From the NCBI GenBank assembly GCA_963807225.1, contig CAWEAD010000008.1:200586-264585 (forward strand): a DNA stretch of 64,000 bases. Reading direction: 5' to 3'. The position numbers and the translations under genes were made by a program. This document shows positions 17,768 to 29,797 of this stretch, in pieces (the stretch's first letter is position 1; each line of letters begins with the position of its first letter). This DNA is from an uncultured delta proteobacterium (lineage in GTDB: Bacteria > Desulfobacterota > Desulfobulbia > Desulfobulbales > JAGXFP01). The notes beneath the pieces were generated by a model. That model saw nothing but the letters and a program-made list of their open reading frames with translations. It was not told where the DNA came from and did no database searches.

Positions 17768-19117
17768 TTAAAGCAGAGCTGGTTGCAGTTCGTCGCTTAA
17801 GATGATCGATCTGTCCGCGATCAGCTCATCCGTCTGACCTGTGCGCAGATTGTCTTCCAGTCCGGCGACAACCAAGCTTAGTGCCTGCAGATCAGCTCCG
17901 GCCAGAGTGGATTTCGGCTGAAATTTAAGGGCGAAGGGGTTTTTGAAGATCCCGTGGTGCTGCAGGCGGTAATCCAGATGCGGACCGGTGGCCAGGCCGG
18001 TCGAGCCGACGTAGCCGATTATCTGTTTTTGTTTGACCTGACTACCGACCTTGAGTCCTGATTTAAATTTCGAGAGGTGACCGTAATAGGTCCGGTAATC
18101 GCCGCCATGGGCCAAGACAAGCTGTTTACCGAACCCACCGTGATTGCCGATGGACACGACCCGGCCATCGGCGGCTGCCATGATCGGCGTGCCAGTGGGG
18201 GCGGCCAGATCGACTCCTAGGTGCTGCCTGACCACGCCGAGGATGGGATGCAGGCGATGATGGCTGAAGCGGGAGCTCACCCGTCCCATCGCGACCGGTG
18301 AGCGGATGAAGGAGGCACCGAGTTCATGACCTTCGGCGTCGTAATAGTTGAATTTTTTGCCGTCAGGGCTGAAGCGGAAGGCCTGCAGGATCTCGCCGTC
18401 GCTTTTCTCATAACGGGCCGCCAATATCGGGCCATAGCCGATAAACTCATTGGAGCGGTAATATTCTTCGATGATCAGGCTGAAAAGATCACCTTCTCTT
18501 GTTTCGGTATTGAAATCGAGCTTGGCGGCAAAGATATCGGCGAAGGCATAAATCGGTTTCGGGTTCTGCAAATCGTCGGGGAAGGCTGCGAACAGGGATG
18601 TGGTTATCCGCCCCTTTAACAGGATAGTTCGAACCTCAAGGTGAACTTCGTCGCGGGAGACTATCAGGCCGTCATCGGAGGGAATGGCGGTATAACTGGT
18701 AAACTGGTTCACCTGGTAATCGGCTTTGACGATCCGGCCCTCCGGATTCAGGATTATGGAATATCGGTCTCCCGGGTGAATCTTGTTGAAATCCAGGGAA
18801 TTCTTGAAAGCCTGCAAAAAACGGGCACGGATCTCGCCGGGAATGTCGTGGGCGCTGAAGGAGCGGTCCAGGGTGTCACCGGATTGGATGGTGCCCTGAA
18901 ATTCAATATATCCCGCTTGGGTAAGATCGGCCAAACTATCGGGAATCTGGTCGGGTATTTGGGTATTATGGGAGGATGGGATGGAGGCCTTGGCGTTGCG
19001 CGGATTTGCGTCACCGCCGGGTTCAGGTAAGTAGTTAATAAAAAGCAGTGTTAAACAGATGAAGAAGGTAATGGTCAGGAAGTGGAACGATTTTATGAAG
19101 TTTTTCAAAGACTGCAT
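17768..19117 (-). CDS. M23-family peptidoglycan metalloendopeptidase with N-terminal membrane anchor
   Basis: HLGVDLAAPTGTPIMAAADGRV (HxxxD) and GSTGLATGPHLDYRL (M23 C-terminal His motif). N-terminal TM FLTITFFICLTLLFI. ATG 19117 is preferred over the upstream TTG 19159. Confidence 0.85.
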   Translation of the reverse strand: MQSLKNFIKSFHFLTITFFICLTLLFINYLPEPGGDANPRNAKASIPSSHNTQIPDQIPDSLADLTQAGYIEFQGTIQSGDTLDRSFSAHDIPGEIRARFLQAFKNSLDFNKIHPGDRYSIILNPEGRIVKADYQVNQFTSYTAIPSDDGLIVSRDEVHLEVRTILLKGRITTSLFAAFPDDLQNPKPIYAFADIFAAKLDFNTETREGDLFSLIIEEYYRSNEFIGYGPILAARYEKSDGEILQAFRFSPDGKKFNYYDAEGHELGASFIRSPVAMGRVSSRFSHHRLHPILGVVRQHLGVDLAAPTGTPIMAAADGRVVSIGNHGGFGKQLVLAHGGDYRTYYGHLSKFKSGLKVGSQVKQKQIIGYVGSTGLATGPHLDYRLQHHGIFKNPFALKFQPKSTLAGADLQALSLVVAGLEDNLRTGQTDELIADRSIILSDELQPALL

Positions 19118-19552
19118 CGTTGTGGTACCTGGTTGACAGGTCAAGATTGTCGGCTGCAAGCCGAGTTAGATGTAAATCACCTTTTAACTGAATCGCCGCA
19201 TAAGTAAACACTTATTTTCCTACCTCGTACCCTCCGAGAGGCCGACAATCTTGGAACCAGGACAAATTTATCTAATGATTACAAATGGTTATTATATAAG
19301 CAAATTGGGATCACTTCCCGCTCGGGCAGACGAAGCTGAAAGTAAAGATATCACTGGGCTTTGCCGTTGATGGTTTAGTAACGGTCCGGATGTACCGGCC
19401 CAAAGTACCTGGGACGCCGGAAAATCTCCTAGTCATTTTCCGAAAATACTGTTAATAAATGGGGCTGTTTGCATGGTGCCCGGCCTGTCCGGCCTGGCCT
19501 GTACGGGGGTCCCCTTGGGACCGGCAAATCCGACGAACTGGTAAATGAAAAA

Positions 19553-20797
19553 ATGTCATTAATCGTACAAAAATTCGGCGGCACCTCCGTCGCCAACTGC
19601 GATAAGATCCGTAACGTGGTCCGGCGTGTATTGAAACAGGCCAGGGCCGGGCACCGGATGGTTGTGGTCCTGTCGGCCATGGCCGGCGAAACCAATCGTT
19701 TCGTGGATCTGGCCCGCCAGATGCAGCTGATTCCCGATCCGCGCGAGATGGACGTCCTCTTGTCCAGCGGCGAGCAGGTTACCGTGGCTTTATTCGCCAT
19801 GGCGGTCAAAGATGAAGGATATGATGCCGTTTCCTTGTTGGGCGATCAGGTTCGGATCACCACCGATAAACTGCACACCAAGGCGCGGATCAAGAATATC
19901 GACACCAATTTGATCAACCGCCATCTCGAAGCCGGCAAGGTTGTGGTAGTGGCCGGTTTTCAAGGCGTGACCGAAGAAGACGACATCACCACCCTGGGCC
20001 GGGGCGGTTCAGATACCACGGCCGTGGCTCTGGCCGCCGCCCTGAAGGCTGATACCTGCGAAATTTTCACCGATGTCGAAGGGATTTATACTACCGATCC
20101 CAACATCTGCCGCAACGCCCGTAAAATCTCCCGGATCAGTTATGATGAAATGCTGGAACTGGCCAGTCTCGGAGCCAAAGTCCTGGATATCCGCTCGGTC
20201 GGCCTGGCTAAAAGATACAAGGTGCCCGTCCATGTCCGGTCAACCTTTACCGAAACCGAAGGCACATGGGTTGTGGAGGAGGATAAAACTATGGAATCCA
20301 TGCTGGTATCCGGGGTAACTTACAATAAGAATGAAGCGCGAATAACCATGTCCCGGGTACCCGATACCCCAGGCATCGCTTCCCGTCTCTTTACCCCCAT
20401 TTCCGAGGCAGGGATCGTGGTCGACATGATCATTCAGAACACCAGGACCGGGGGTAACATCACCGATATGACTTTTACGGTTCCGCGCCCCGATTACGAA
20501 CGGGCCATGAAGATCGTCGAGAGCGTGGCTGGTGAGATTGGAGTCGAAAGGGTTACCGGCTCGGTGGATATCGCCAAGGTTTCCATCGTCGGGGTGGGGA
20601 TGCGCAACCATTCGGGCATTGCCACCAAAATGTTCGATGTTCTGGCCCGGGAGGGTATCAATATTCAGATGATCAGCACCTCGGAGATCAAGGTCTCTTG
20701 TGTGATCGAGGAAAAATACACCGAATTGGCGGTCCGGGCTCTGCACGACGCCTTCGGACTAAGCCAGGACAACCAGCCGGTTGCCCAGAGCAATTGA
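19553..20797 (+). CDS. lysC: aspartate kinase with C-terminal ACT domains
   Basis: [15 protein letters not shown] start, [27 protein letters not shown], and tandem ACT region. The upstream 28 codons of the ORF-track model look non-coding. Confidence 0.9.
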   Translation: MSLIVQKFGGTSVANCDKIRNVVRRVLKQARAGHRMVVVLSAMAGETNRFVDLARQMQLIPDPREMDVLLSSGEQVTVALFAMAVKDEGYDAVSLLGDQVRITTDKLHTKARIKNIDTNLINRHLEAGKVVVVAGFQGVTEEDDITTLGRGGSDTTAVALAAALKADTCEIFTDVEGIYTTDPNICRNARKISRISYDEMLELASLGAKVLDIRSVGLAKRYKVPVHVRSTFTETEGTWVVEEDKTMESMLVSGVTYNKNEARITMSRVPDTPGIASRLFTPISEAGIVVDMIIQNTRTGGNITDMTFTVPRPDYERAMKIVESVAGEIGVERVTGSVDIAKVSIVGVGMRNHSGIATKMFDVLAREGINIQMISTSEIKVSCVIEEKYTELAVRALHDAFGLSQDNQPVAQSN

Positions 20798-20815
20798 GGA
20801 ACGACCCAGAGGATC

Positions 20816-22402
20816 ATGGCCAGGATAACCATCTACGATACCACCCTGCGAGACGGGACCCAGGCCGAGAACTTCAACCTGTCGCCTGACGACAAGATCA
20901 GAATCACCCTGAAGCTTGACGAATTGGGGGTCGATTTTATCGAGGGCGGCTGGCCCGGGGCAAATCCCGCCACCGACGAGTTTTTCGCTGAGATCAAAAA
21001 CTACCGTCTGCGCCACGCTCAGCTTACGGCCTTCGGCAGTACCAGGAATTTCAAGAACCGTCCCGAAAACGATCCCAACCTCCAGGCCTTGGTGGCGGCC
21101 GGCACACCCGGAATAACCATCTTCGGCAAGAGCTGGGACGTGCACGTGCGCGACGCCCTGCAAATCGGTCTGGAAGACAATCTGGCCATCATCGGCGATT
21201 CATTGCAATATCTGCGCTCCCATGTACGGCATCTGTTTTATGATGCCGAACATTTTTTCGATGGTTTCAAGGCCGATCGCGATTATGCTCTGGCTACCAT
21301 CGCCCGGGCGGTGTCGGCCGGCGCCGAATGCCTGGTGCTTTGTGACACCAACGGCGGCACTCTGCCCATGGAGGTTGAGGAGATCGTCGGCCAGGTCCGA
21401 GAACATTTCCAGGGGGCCGGACAGGTTGTCGAAATCGGCATCCATGCCCACAATGACGGTGAAAGTGCTGTGGCCAATTCCCTGATTGCCGTGGCTCAAG
21501 GCGCCACACAGGTGCAGGGCACCATCAACGGAGTCGGCGAACGCTGCGGTAATGCCAATCTGACCTCGATCATGCCGGCTCTGGCCCTGAAGATGGGCTG
21601 CGAGTTTTCCGCCGCCGACCATCTGCATGAACTCAGCGAGACCTCCCGCTTCGTCTTTGAGTTGGCCAACCTGGCGCCGAACAAATTTCAGCCCTATGTC
21701 GGTGCCGCCGCCTTTGCCCATAAAGGAGGGATCCATGTCCACGCCGTCCAACGCAATCCCAGAACTTACGAGCATATCGAACCGGAGAAGGTCGGCAATA
21801 TCCGCCGCATCCTGATCTCCGATCAGTCGGGGCGCAGCAATGTCCTGCATAAGGCCAGGAAGTTCGGTATCGACTTGAACACCAACGATCCGGTGGTCAC
21901 CGCCATTTTGGCGCAACTGAAGGATCTGGAGAAACAGGGTTACCAGTACGAGGGAGCCGAAGCCTCTTTCGAGCTCTTGATGCGTAAGGCCTTGGGCCAG
22001 GCAAGGGACTTTTTCGATCTGCACGGTTTTCGAGTAATCTGCCAGAAAAGTGATGGCGGCCAGCCGCCCCAGGACGAGGCGACCATTATCATCGAGGTAG
22101 GGGGAAAGAAGGTCCATACCGCCGCCCTGGGGGAAGGACCGGTTAACGCTCTTGATAACGCCCTGCGTAAAGCTCTGACCCAGTTTTACCCCTCCCTGGC
22201 CGAAATGCAGCTGAAGGACTTCAAAGTCCGGGTTCTGGCCAGTGACCAGGGGACTGGTGCCCGGGTACGGGTCCTGATCGAATCAAGCGATCAGCAGAGC
22301 GAGTGGGGCACGGTCGGAGTCTCCCATGATATCATTGAAGCCAGCTGGCAGGCCCTGGTAGACAGCCTTACCTATAAGCTCTTGAAAGACGAGAGTCGCT
22401 GA
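20816..22402 (+). CDS. cimA: citramalate synthase (2-isopropylmalate synthase family, CimA type)
   Basis: ITIYDTTLRDGTQAENFNLSPDDKIRI..., HAHNDGESAVANSL, and C-terminal LeuA-dimer regulatory domain. lysC-cimA adjacency as in Geobacter-type genomes. Confidence 0.8.
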   Translation: MARITIYDTTLRDGTQAENFNLSPDDKIRITLKLDELGVDFIEGGWPGANPATDEFFAEIKNYRLRHAQLTAFGSTRNFKNRPENDPNLQALVAAGTPGITIFGKSWDVHVRDALQIGLEDNLAIIGDSLQYLRSHVRHLFYDAEHFFDGFKADRDYALATIARAVSAGAECLVLCDTNGGTLPMEVEEIVGQVREHFQGAGQVVEIGIHAHNDGESAVANSLIAVAQGATQVQGTINGVGERCGNANLTSIMPALALKMGCEFSAADHLHELSETSRFVFELANLAPNKFQPYVGAAAFAHKGGIHVHAVQRNPRTYEHIEPEKVGNIRRILISDQSGRSNVLHKARKFGIDLNTNDPVVTAILAQLKDLEKQGYQYEGAEASFELLMRKALGQARDFFDLHGFRVICQKSDGGQPPQDEATIIIEVGGKKVHTAALGEGPVNALDNALRKALTQFYPSLAEMQLKDFKVRVLASDQGTGARVRVLIESSDQQSEWGTVGVSHDIIEASWQALVDSLTYKLLKDESR

Positions 22403-22431
22403 AAAACTTGAGGAAGTGGAAAGATTCCGTC

Positions 22432-22457
22432 AAAGCCGGCCTCGAGCCGGTTTTTTT
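22432..22457 (+). terminator. intrinsic terminator after cimA
   Basis: AAAGCCGGC-CTCGA-GCCGGTTT hairpin followed by a T-run (T7 at 22451-22457). Confidence 0.65.
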
Positions 22458-22471
22458 ATGGAGGATCGGCG

Positions 22472-22981
22472 ATGTCGGTGCCGACGATGAAAGAAAATCG
22501 GAACGGAGATCGGCGTTGGCTGGTCCTGATGCTGGTGCTCCTGGTCATAGTCGTCTGTGCCCCGCTGAGCCGCTTTCCGGCCGAGATCCGGGCCTGGCGG
22601 CGCAGCGATGCACAACCCCAGGTGCCGTCCTGGGGCGAATTTGACTGGCGTTGGCGCAAGCAAGGTGCGGAGGGGGAGGGGCTTTACCCGGAGCCCGGAG
22701 GAAAGGCCATACCCGGCTCGGTTGCCGCTGCCAGGCCGACAGTGGTCGATCCGCGCCTGGCCATCTTTACTTACCGCCCCATTGACCTTAATCTGGCCGA
22801 CCCCGAGGTTCTGCAGAGCGTCAAGGGAATCGGCCCCAAGCTGGCTGGGGCCATCGTCGGTTATCGGCTGAGCCACGGCCCCTTTCACAGCCTGGATGAA
22901 CTTCTGAACATCAGGGGGGTCGGTCCCGCCAAGCTGGCCAAACTGCGAGGTCAGCTCAGGGTGGGAAAGAGGCCGGAATAA
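22472..22981 (+). CDS. ComEA-family helix-hairpin-helix DNA-binding protein
   Basis: N-terminal TM WLVLMLVLLVIVV. C-terminal IDLNLADPEVLQSVKGIGPKLAGAIVGYRLSHGPFHSLDELLNIRGVGPAKLAKL is a tandem HhH motif. Confidence 0.8.
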   Translation: MSVPTMKENRNGDRRWLVLMLVLLVIVVCAPLSRFPAEIRAWRRSDAQPQVPSWGEFDWRWRKQGAEGEGLYPEPGGKAIPGSVAAARPTVVDPRLAIFTYRPIDLNLADPEVLQSVKGIGPKLAGAIVGYRLSHGPFHSLDELLNIRGVGPAKLAKLRGQLRVGKRPE

Positions 22982-22993
22982 CCAGGGTGGATA

Positions 22994-24103
22994 TTGCCGG
23001 CAATTGTAGAGTGGGGAGGCGAGTTGAGCAAATTCAGCAAGAAAAAATTACTGGTTATCGGAAAAGTTGTCGCCATGACCATGTTGCTTGTCCTGATCGC
23101 GAATCAGGTGCATTGGCGTGATTATCAGGCTATTTCCCCACAGGGGGTGGAGGAGATCCGGCCGGGGTTGGTCTCTTGCCTGAAGGATATCCGGCTCTTG
23201 TTCTATATGGGGGCTCTGCTGTTGCAATTGGTCGCGGTCTCCTGCACCGCGATGCGCTGGCGTTTGCTGATGGTGGTTCAGCAGATCGTGCTGGATAAAC
23301 CCAGTGTGATCCGGCTGACTTTCCTGGGTGAATTTTTCAATCATTTTCTACCAGGGTCAGTGGGGGGAGATGCAGTCAAAGCCTATTACGTCATGCGGCG
23401 AACGGGTCGCAAAGGCGCTACCCTGGTCAGCGTTTTCGCCAATCGTTTTGTCGGCCTCTGTCTGCTGGCCTTCATGTCGCTGCTGATGTTGAGCTTTCTG
23501 TTAGCTGTCGGTTGGAGCGGCATCGACATCAAACGACCGATATTTTCCATCTATCTGATCAGTGGACTCATAGTTCTTATCCTGGTTTTTTCCCTCAGTA
23601 AAAAGTTGAATAAATCGGAGAGGCTGAACCGGATAGTCGGTTATCTTCCTTTCGCGCGGCAACTGAATGTCGTCCGGGAGGCCTTGCACCGTTATCGGGA
23701 GACGAAAGGGCTACTGGTTCCGGTGCTGATTTATTCAATCATGACCGTGGTTTGCTACATCCTCTCGGTCAGATTTATCGGCTTGAGTCTGGGCATTGAA
23801 ATTCCCTGGTATCATTACTTTCTCTACCTGCCGTTAATCTCCATTATGACTTCGGTACCAATAACTCCCGGCGGGGTGGGAGTCCTCGAAGAGTTGTTCC
23901 TCTATTTTTTCAGCCAGGCCGGAGAACCCAACAAGATTTTGGCCATGGCGCTTCTTTACCGGCTCTCTTTATTGCTGTGTTCTCTGCCCGGCGCCGTGAT
24001 CTTTCTCTCCGGCGAAAAAATCTCCCGGGATCGATTGCTCGGGGACTTGGAGGAATTTGAGATGGTCCTGGAAAAGGATGAAGACGGCGGTGCCTCGATA
24101 TAA
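22994..24103 (+). CDS. flippase-like (UPF0104 / lysylphosphatidylglycerol-synthase TM region) membrane protein
   Basis: Multi-TM protein with FFNHFLPGSVGGDAVKAYY and PITPGGVGVLEE motifs typical of this family. Alternative TTG start at 23024 follows GGGGAGG. Confidence 0.7.
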   Translation: MPAIVEWGGELSKFSKKKLLVIGKVVAMTMLLVLIANQVHWRDYQAISPQGVEEIRPGLVSCLKDIRLLFYMGALLLQLVAVSCTAMRWRLLMVVQQIVLDKPSVIRLTFLGEFFNHFLPGSVGGDAVKAYYVMRRTGRKGATLVSVFANRFVGLCLLAFMSLLMLSFLLAVGWSGIDIKRPIFSIYLISGLIVLILVFSLSKKLNKSERLNRIVGYLPFARQLNVVREALHRYRETKGLLVPVLIYSIMTVVCYILSVRFIGLSLGIEIPWYHYFLYLPLISIMTSVPITPGGVGVLEELFLYFFSQAGEPNKILAMALLYRLSLLLCSLPGAVIFLSGEKISRDRLLGDLEEFEMVLEKDEDGGASI

Positions 24104-24155
24104 TCGGCATCCCCGGTCCGAGATTCCGACTCCCGAGGTACCGGGCGATTACACT

Positions 24156-25289
24156 CTATAGTTTGCCCAGGACCGACCACATGATGCCGGCGGCGATAGC
24201 CGAGCCGATCACCCCGGCCACGTTGGGGGCCATGGCATGCATCAGCAGGAAGTTTTCCGGATCTTCTTTCTGGCCAACCATCTGCACCACCCGGGCCGAG
24301 TCTGGTACGGCCGAGACTCCGGCGGCGCCGATCAGCGGGTTGATCTTCTCTTTCAGGAAAAGATTCATGAATTTGGCGAAGAGCACTCCGCCCATGGTGG
24401 CTATCACGAAGGAGAAGGCGCCCAGTCCGAAGATCAACATCGACTTGGGGGTCAGGAAGGTCTGGGCCTGGGTGGAGGCGCCGACCGTGAAGCCCAGGAG
24501 GATGGTGACGATATCGATCAGGGCGTTGCGTGCGGTCTTGGCCAGCCGCTCGGTCACTGTGCTTTCCTTCAACAGGTTACCGAAGAAGAGCATGCCGAGC
24601 AGGGTCATCGAACCAGGGGCGATCAGGGCGCAGACCAGGAAGGCAACGATGGGGAAAATGACCTTCTCCCTCTTGGAGACGATCCGGGGGGGCTTCATCC
24701 TGATCAGCCGTTCCTCCTTGCTGGTCAGCAGGTACATGACCGGAGGCTGGATCACCGGCACCAGAGCCATATAAGAGTATGCTGCAATGGCAATAGGGCC
24801 CAGGAGATCCGGGGCCAGCATTGATGCCAGGAAGATGGCGGTCGGGCCGTCGGCCCCGCCGATGATGCCGATTGCCCCGGCCTGGGCGGCGGAAAAGCCC
24901 AGGAGCAGCGAACCCAGCAGGGTGATGAAGATGCCGAGCTGGGCGGCGGCCCCCAGCAGGATCAGCTTCGGGTTCGAAAGCATGGTGGAGAAATCGGTCA
25001 TCGCCCCGATACCAAGGAAAATCAGGGGCGGATAGATGCCCTTGACCACCCCGAAGTAGAGGTAGGAGAGGGCGCTGCCGGAGTCGTAAACACTCAGCGC
25101 CATACCGTTGATAGGCGGGATGTTGCCGACCAGGATGCCAAAGCCGATGGGCACCAGTAGGAGCGGCTCGTAATCCTTGGTGATGGCCAGGAAGATGAAG
25201 ATGATCCCGATCAGGATCATCATCCCGTTGCCCCATTCCAGGGAAGCGAAACCGGAGTTTTTAAGAAAGGACAGGCTTTCCAGATTCAC
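24156..25289 (-). CDS. mmdB: Na+-translocating decarboxylase beta subunit (OadB/MmdB/GcdB family)
   Basis: 377-aa polytopic membrane protein. GIGAMTDFSTMLSNPKLILLGAAAQLGIF and AAGVSAVPDSARV match the OadB family. It is the last gene of the methylmalonyl-CoA operon. Confidence 0.85.
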   Translation of the reverse strand: MNLESLSFLKNSGFASLEWGNGMMILIGIIFIFLAITKDYEPLLLVPIGFGILVGNIPPINGMALSVYDSGSALSYLYFGVVKGIYPPLIFLGIGAMTDFSTMLSNPKLILLGAAAQLGIFITLLGSLLLGFSAAQAGAIGIIGGADGPTAIFLASMLAPDLLGPIAIAAYSYMALVPVIQPPVMYLLTSKEERLIRMKPPRIVSKREKVIFPIVAFLVCALIAPGSMTLLGMLFFGNLLKESTVTERLAKTARNALIDIVTILLGFTVGASTQAQTFLTPKSMLIFGLGAFSFVIATMGGVLFAKFMNLFLKEKINPLIGAAGVSAVPDSARVVQMVGQKEDPENFLLMHAMAPNVAGVIGSAIAAGIMWSVLGKL

Positions 25290-25305
25290 GGTTTGACTGC
25301 CTCGC

Positions 25306-25740
25306 TCATTCGATGATCACCAGTTCCTGGCCCTGATTGACGGTATCGCCGTCGCGGACCAGGATCTTCTTGACGATGCCCTCGTGCTTGGCATTGATCT
25401 TATTTTCCAACTTCATGGCCTCCATGATCAGGAGCTTCTGGCCGGCGGCGACCCGGTCGCCTTCCCGCACGAAGATTGATTTGATCTGTCCGGGCATGGG
25501 CGCGGTGATGGCGCCGTCACCGGTTCGCGTCACCGGTTGGCGGTAGGTAGGGGGCTGCCGGGAAGGGGTTTCTGCGGCGCCAAGTTGCGAGATTGGTTGG
25601 GGCAGGGAAAGGTTTTTGATGGCCTGGATTTCGACCAGATGGTCGTGGCCGTTGACCTCAACCTGGATATCCCGGGGGGTGACGTTCTTGATCACCACTT
25701 CGTAGAGCCGCTCATTGATCTTCAATTCATATTTCTTCAT
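25306..25740 (-). CDS. mmdC: biotin carboxyl-carrier subunit (MmdC/OadA-C-terminal type)
   Basis: C-terminal biotinyl domain ITAPMPGQIKSIFVREGDRVAAGQKLLIMEAMKLENKI with the (E)AMK biotinylation motif. Confidence 0.85.
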   Translation of the reverse strand: MKKYELKINERLYEVVIKNVTPRDIQVEVNGHDHLVEIQAIKNLSLPQPISQLGAAETPSRQPPTYRQPVTRTGDGAITAPMPGQIKSIFVREGDRVAAGQKLLIMEAMKLENKINAKHEGIVKKILVRDGDTVNQGQELVIIE

Positions 25741-25746
25741 GACCTT

Positions 25747-26154
25747 CTATCTCCTGGGCGGGCTGAGCCGGCCGTGCAGGTTCATGGCTTCGAAGCGTCC
25801 GGCCCGCTGCCATGAGGAATCCCAGAGCTCGTGGCGCTTCCAGGTGATCTTCCGGTTGTCGTGGCTGCTGAACTGATGCAGGTGCAGGGCTACGGCTACC
25901 GCCAGCAGGGTCTCGGTGTCGAGCAGTTCTCCCGTCGGAGTTCCGCCTGCGGCATCAACCGGCCGAGCCCTAGGCAGGGCACTATTCTTCAGGTGGCTGG
26001 CCCAGAACAGCAGTTTGGGCAGCAGGGCGATATAGATGGCGATCACCCCCAGACCGATAAAGACGACAATCATTCCCACCAGGCTGAATTCCAGGGCATT
26101 GAAGCGGGAATCGACCAGACTGGCGAAATTCGGTTGTATAAAGTTGAAGTCCAC
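25747..26154 (-). CDS. OadG-like small membrane subunit of the decarboxylase (MmdD/OadG-type anchor)
   Basis: Single N-terminal TM LVGMIVVFIGLGVIAIYIALL as in the OadG family. It sits between the carboxyltransferase and biotin-carrier genes. The C-terminal half is not recognised. Confidence 0.55.
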   Translation of the reverse strand: MDFNFIQPNFASLVDSRFNALEFSLVGMIVVFIGLGVIAIYIALLPKLLFWASHLKNSALPRARPVDAAGGTPTGELLDTETLLAVAVALHLHQFSSHDNRKITWKRHELWDSSWQRAGRFEAMNLHGRLSPPRR

Positions 26155-26165
26155 GCGCTACTCCT

Positions 26166-27706
<1,541 letters not shown>

Positions 27707-27710
<4 letters not shown>

Positions 27711-28132
27711 TCGTCGTGCTCCTTATCTCTCCCGGCTGGAGAGCAGAATTCGGTCAGTACGCCGTGGCTGGACTTCGGGTGGAGAAAGGCCACTTGTTTA
27801 CCCCCGGCCCCGATAATCGGCGTTTCGTTGATCAGTCGACAGCCGGCCGCTGCCGCCCGGGACAGTTGCTCGTCGAGAGCATCGGTCCGGTAGGCCACGT
27901 GATGGATACCCTCGCCCCGAGTTTCCAAAAACTTGGCGATGGGGCTGTCCGGCGCGGTCGGCTCCAATAGTTCAATGTGTACCTCGCCGACCCGGTAAAA
28001 GGCGGTGCGCACCTTTTGGCTCGCCACCTCCTCGATTTTTTCGCAGACCAAACCTAGCACATTTTCATAAAATAGTCCGGCCTTTTCCAGACTGTGTACG
28101 GCGATTCCCAGATGATCGATCTTGGTCAGCAT
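27707..28132 (-). CDS. mce: methylmalonyl-CoA epimerase (VOC/glyoxalase fold)
   Basis: [27 protein letters not shown]...[12 protein letters not shown]...[14 protein letters not shown] is a typical epimerase pattern. 4-nt overlap with mmdA. Confidence 0.85.
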
Positions 28133-28144
28133 ATTCTTTCCTCG

Positions 28145-29797
28145 TTAATCCCGATATTCCCCAAAGACCTCTCTTAAAACTCCGCAGATCTCGCCCAGGC
28201 TGGCGTAAGTTCGCACCGCCGCCAGAATCGGTTCCATGAGATTGGTTTCACCGGTTGCCGCCTCTCTCAGTAAGGACAGGGACTCGGCCACTCTAACTTG
28301 GTCACGTTCACTCTTAACCCGGGTCAGCCCGGCCACCTGTTGTTCTTCCACCGCCGGTTCAATCTTCAATCGTGGCGGTCTTTTCCCCTCTTCGCTCTGA
28401 AAGCGGTTGACTCCTACGATGACGCGTTCACCGGACTCTATTTCCTGCTGGTAGTCGTAGGCGGCACTCTCAATCTGCCGCTTAATGAAACCGTCTTCGA
28501 TGCAGGGGATAACCCCGCCTTTCTCGTCGATTTTCCTGATCAGTTCACGGGCCTCGTTCTCGATCCGGTCGGTTAGTTGCTCGAGATAATAGGAGCCGGC
28601 CAGTGGGTCGATGGTATCGGCCACCCCGGACTCATGGGCGATAATCTGTTGGGTGCGCAGCGCGGTGCGCACCGAGTCCTCGGTCGGCAGGGACAGGGCC
28701 TCGTCGCGCGAATTGGTGTGCAACGACTGGGTGCCGCCCAAGACAGCGGCCAGGGCCTGAATAGTGACCCGGACAATGTTGTTGTCAATCTGTTGGGCGG
28801 TCAGGGTATGGCCGGCGGTCTGGGTATGGAAGCGCAGCATCAGGCTCGCCGGCTTGCGGGCTCCGAAGCGTTCTTTCATCAGCCGGGCCCAGAGGCGGCG
28901 GGCGGCCCTGAATTTGGCCACTTCCTCAAGAAGATTCGAGGAGGCGTTGAAGAAAAAGGCCAGACGCGGAGCGAAGAGATCTACGTCCAGTCCGGCGTCC
29001 ATGGCGGCCTGGACGTAGGTGCAGCCATTGGCAAGGGTCAGGGCCACCTCCTGGATGGCGGTGGCACCGGCCTCGCGGATATGGTAACCGGAGATGGAAA
29101 TGGTATTGAAGGTCGGGGTGTTGGCGGAACACCAGCGGAAGATGTCGGTGATCAGCCGCAGGCTGGGGCGCGGCGGGAAAATATAGGTGCCGCGGGCCAC
29201 GTATTCCTTGAGAATGTCGTTCTGGATAGTGCCGCTCAGTTTCTCCCTGGCCACCCCCTGTTTCTCCGCCACCGCCACATACATGGCCAGTAGTATGGCG
29301 GCCGGGGAGTTGATGGTCATGGAGGTGGAGACCTTGTCCAGCGGAATGTCGGCGAAGAGGTTTTCCAGGTCGGCCAGGGTATCAATGGCCACCCCGACCT
29401 TACCAACCTCGCCCGTGCTTTGCGGGGCATCAGAATCATAGCCGATCTGGGTCGGCAGATCGAAGGCCACCGACAGTCCGGTAGTTCCCTGGTCGAGTAG
29501 GAAACGGAAGCGGCGGTTGGTTTCGGCGGCGGTGGAAAAACCGGCATACTGGCGCATGGTCCAAAGCCGGCCCCGATGCATGGTCGGCTGAACTCCGCGG
29601 GTATAAGGGTACTGACCAGGGAATCCAAGTTGCTCCAGGTAACTCTCGTCAATTTCCGCGGGCACGGACAGTCTGGGCACCTCCGTGCCGCCATGGTAGG
29701 TAAATTTCTTCCGCCGTTCGGGGAAACGCTCAAGGCTTTTACGCAATTCGTTTTCGCGCCACTGGCGGTAGCGCTGGTGCTCACTCATCTTATTCAC
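28145..29797 (-). CDS. methylmalonyl-CoA mutase, large catalytic (TIM-barrel) subunit without B12 domain
   Basis: 550 aa. [44 protein letters not shown] and [13 protein letters not shown] are MCM N-terminal-domain motifs. Confidence 0.9.
   Translation of the reverse strand: MNKMSEHQRYRQWRENELRKSLERFPERRKKFTYHGGTEVPRLSVPAEIDESYLEQLGFPGQYPYTRGVQPTMHRGRLWTMRQYAGFSTAAETNRRFRFLLDQGTTGLSVAFDLPTQIGYDSDAPQSTGEVGKVGVAIDTLADLENLFADIPLDKVSTSMTINSPAAILLAMYVAVAEKQGVAREKLSGTIQNDILKEYVARGTYIFPPRPSLRLITDIFRWCSANTPTFNTISISGYHIREAGATAIQEVALTLANGCTYVQAAMDAGLDVDLFAPRLAFFFNASSNLLEEVAKFRAARRLWARLMKERFGARKPASLMLRFHTQTAGHTLTAQQIDNNIVRVTIQALAAVLGGTQSLHTNSRDEALSLPTEDSVRTALRTQQIIAHESGVADTIDPLAGSYYLEQLTDRIENEARELIRKIDEKGGVIPCIEDGFIKRQIESAAYDYQQEIESGERVIVGVNRFQSEEGKRPPRLKIEPAVEEQQVAGLTRVKSERDQVRVAESLSLLREAATGETNLMEPILAAVRTYASLGEICGVLREVFGEYRD

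Noticed and set aside
19469-19552. 28-codon N-terminal extension of lysC; likewise 15060-15116 for the OmpA-family gene and 57406-57495 for coaE
   Set aside because: Conserved N-termini ([12 protein letters not shown], the lipoprotein signal after an SD, and the P-loop 8 residues after ATG 57496) begin at internal ATGs. The extensions are Gly/Pro/Arg-rich or overlap the upstream gene.
19160-19552. Lysine (L-box) riboswitch upstream of lysC
   Set aside because: I could not find the conserved L-box core segments by eye. It is kept only as an unspecified structured-leader observation pending an Rfam scan.
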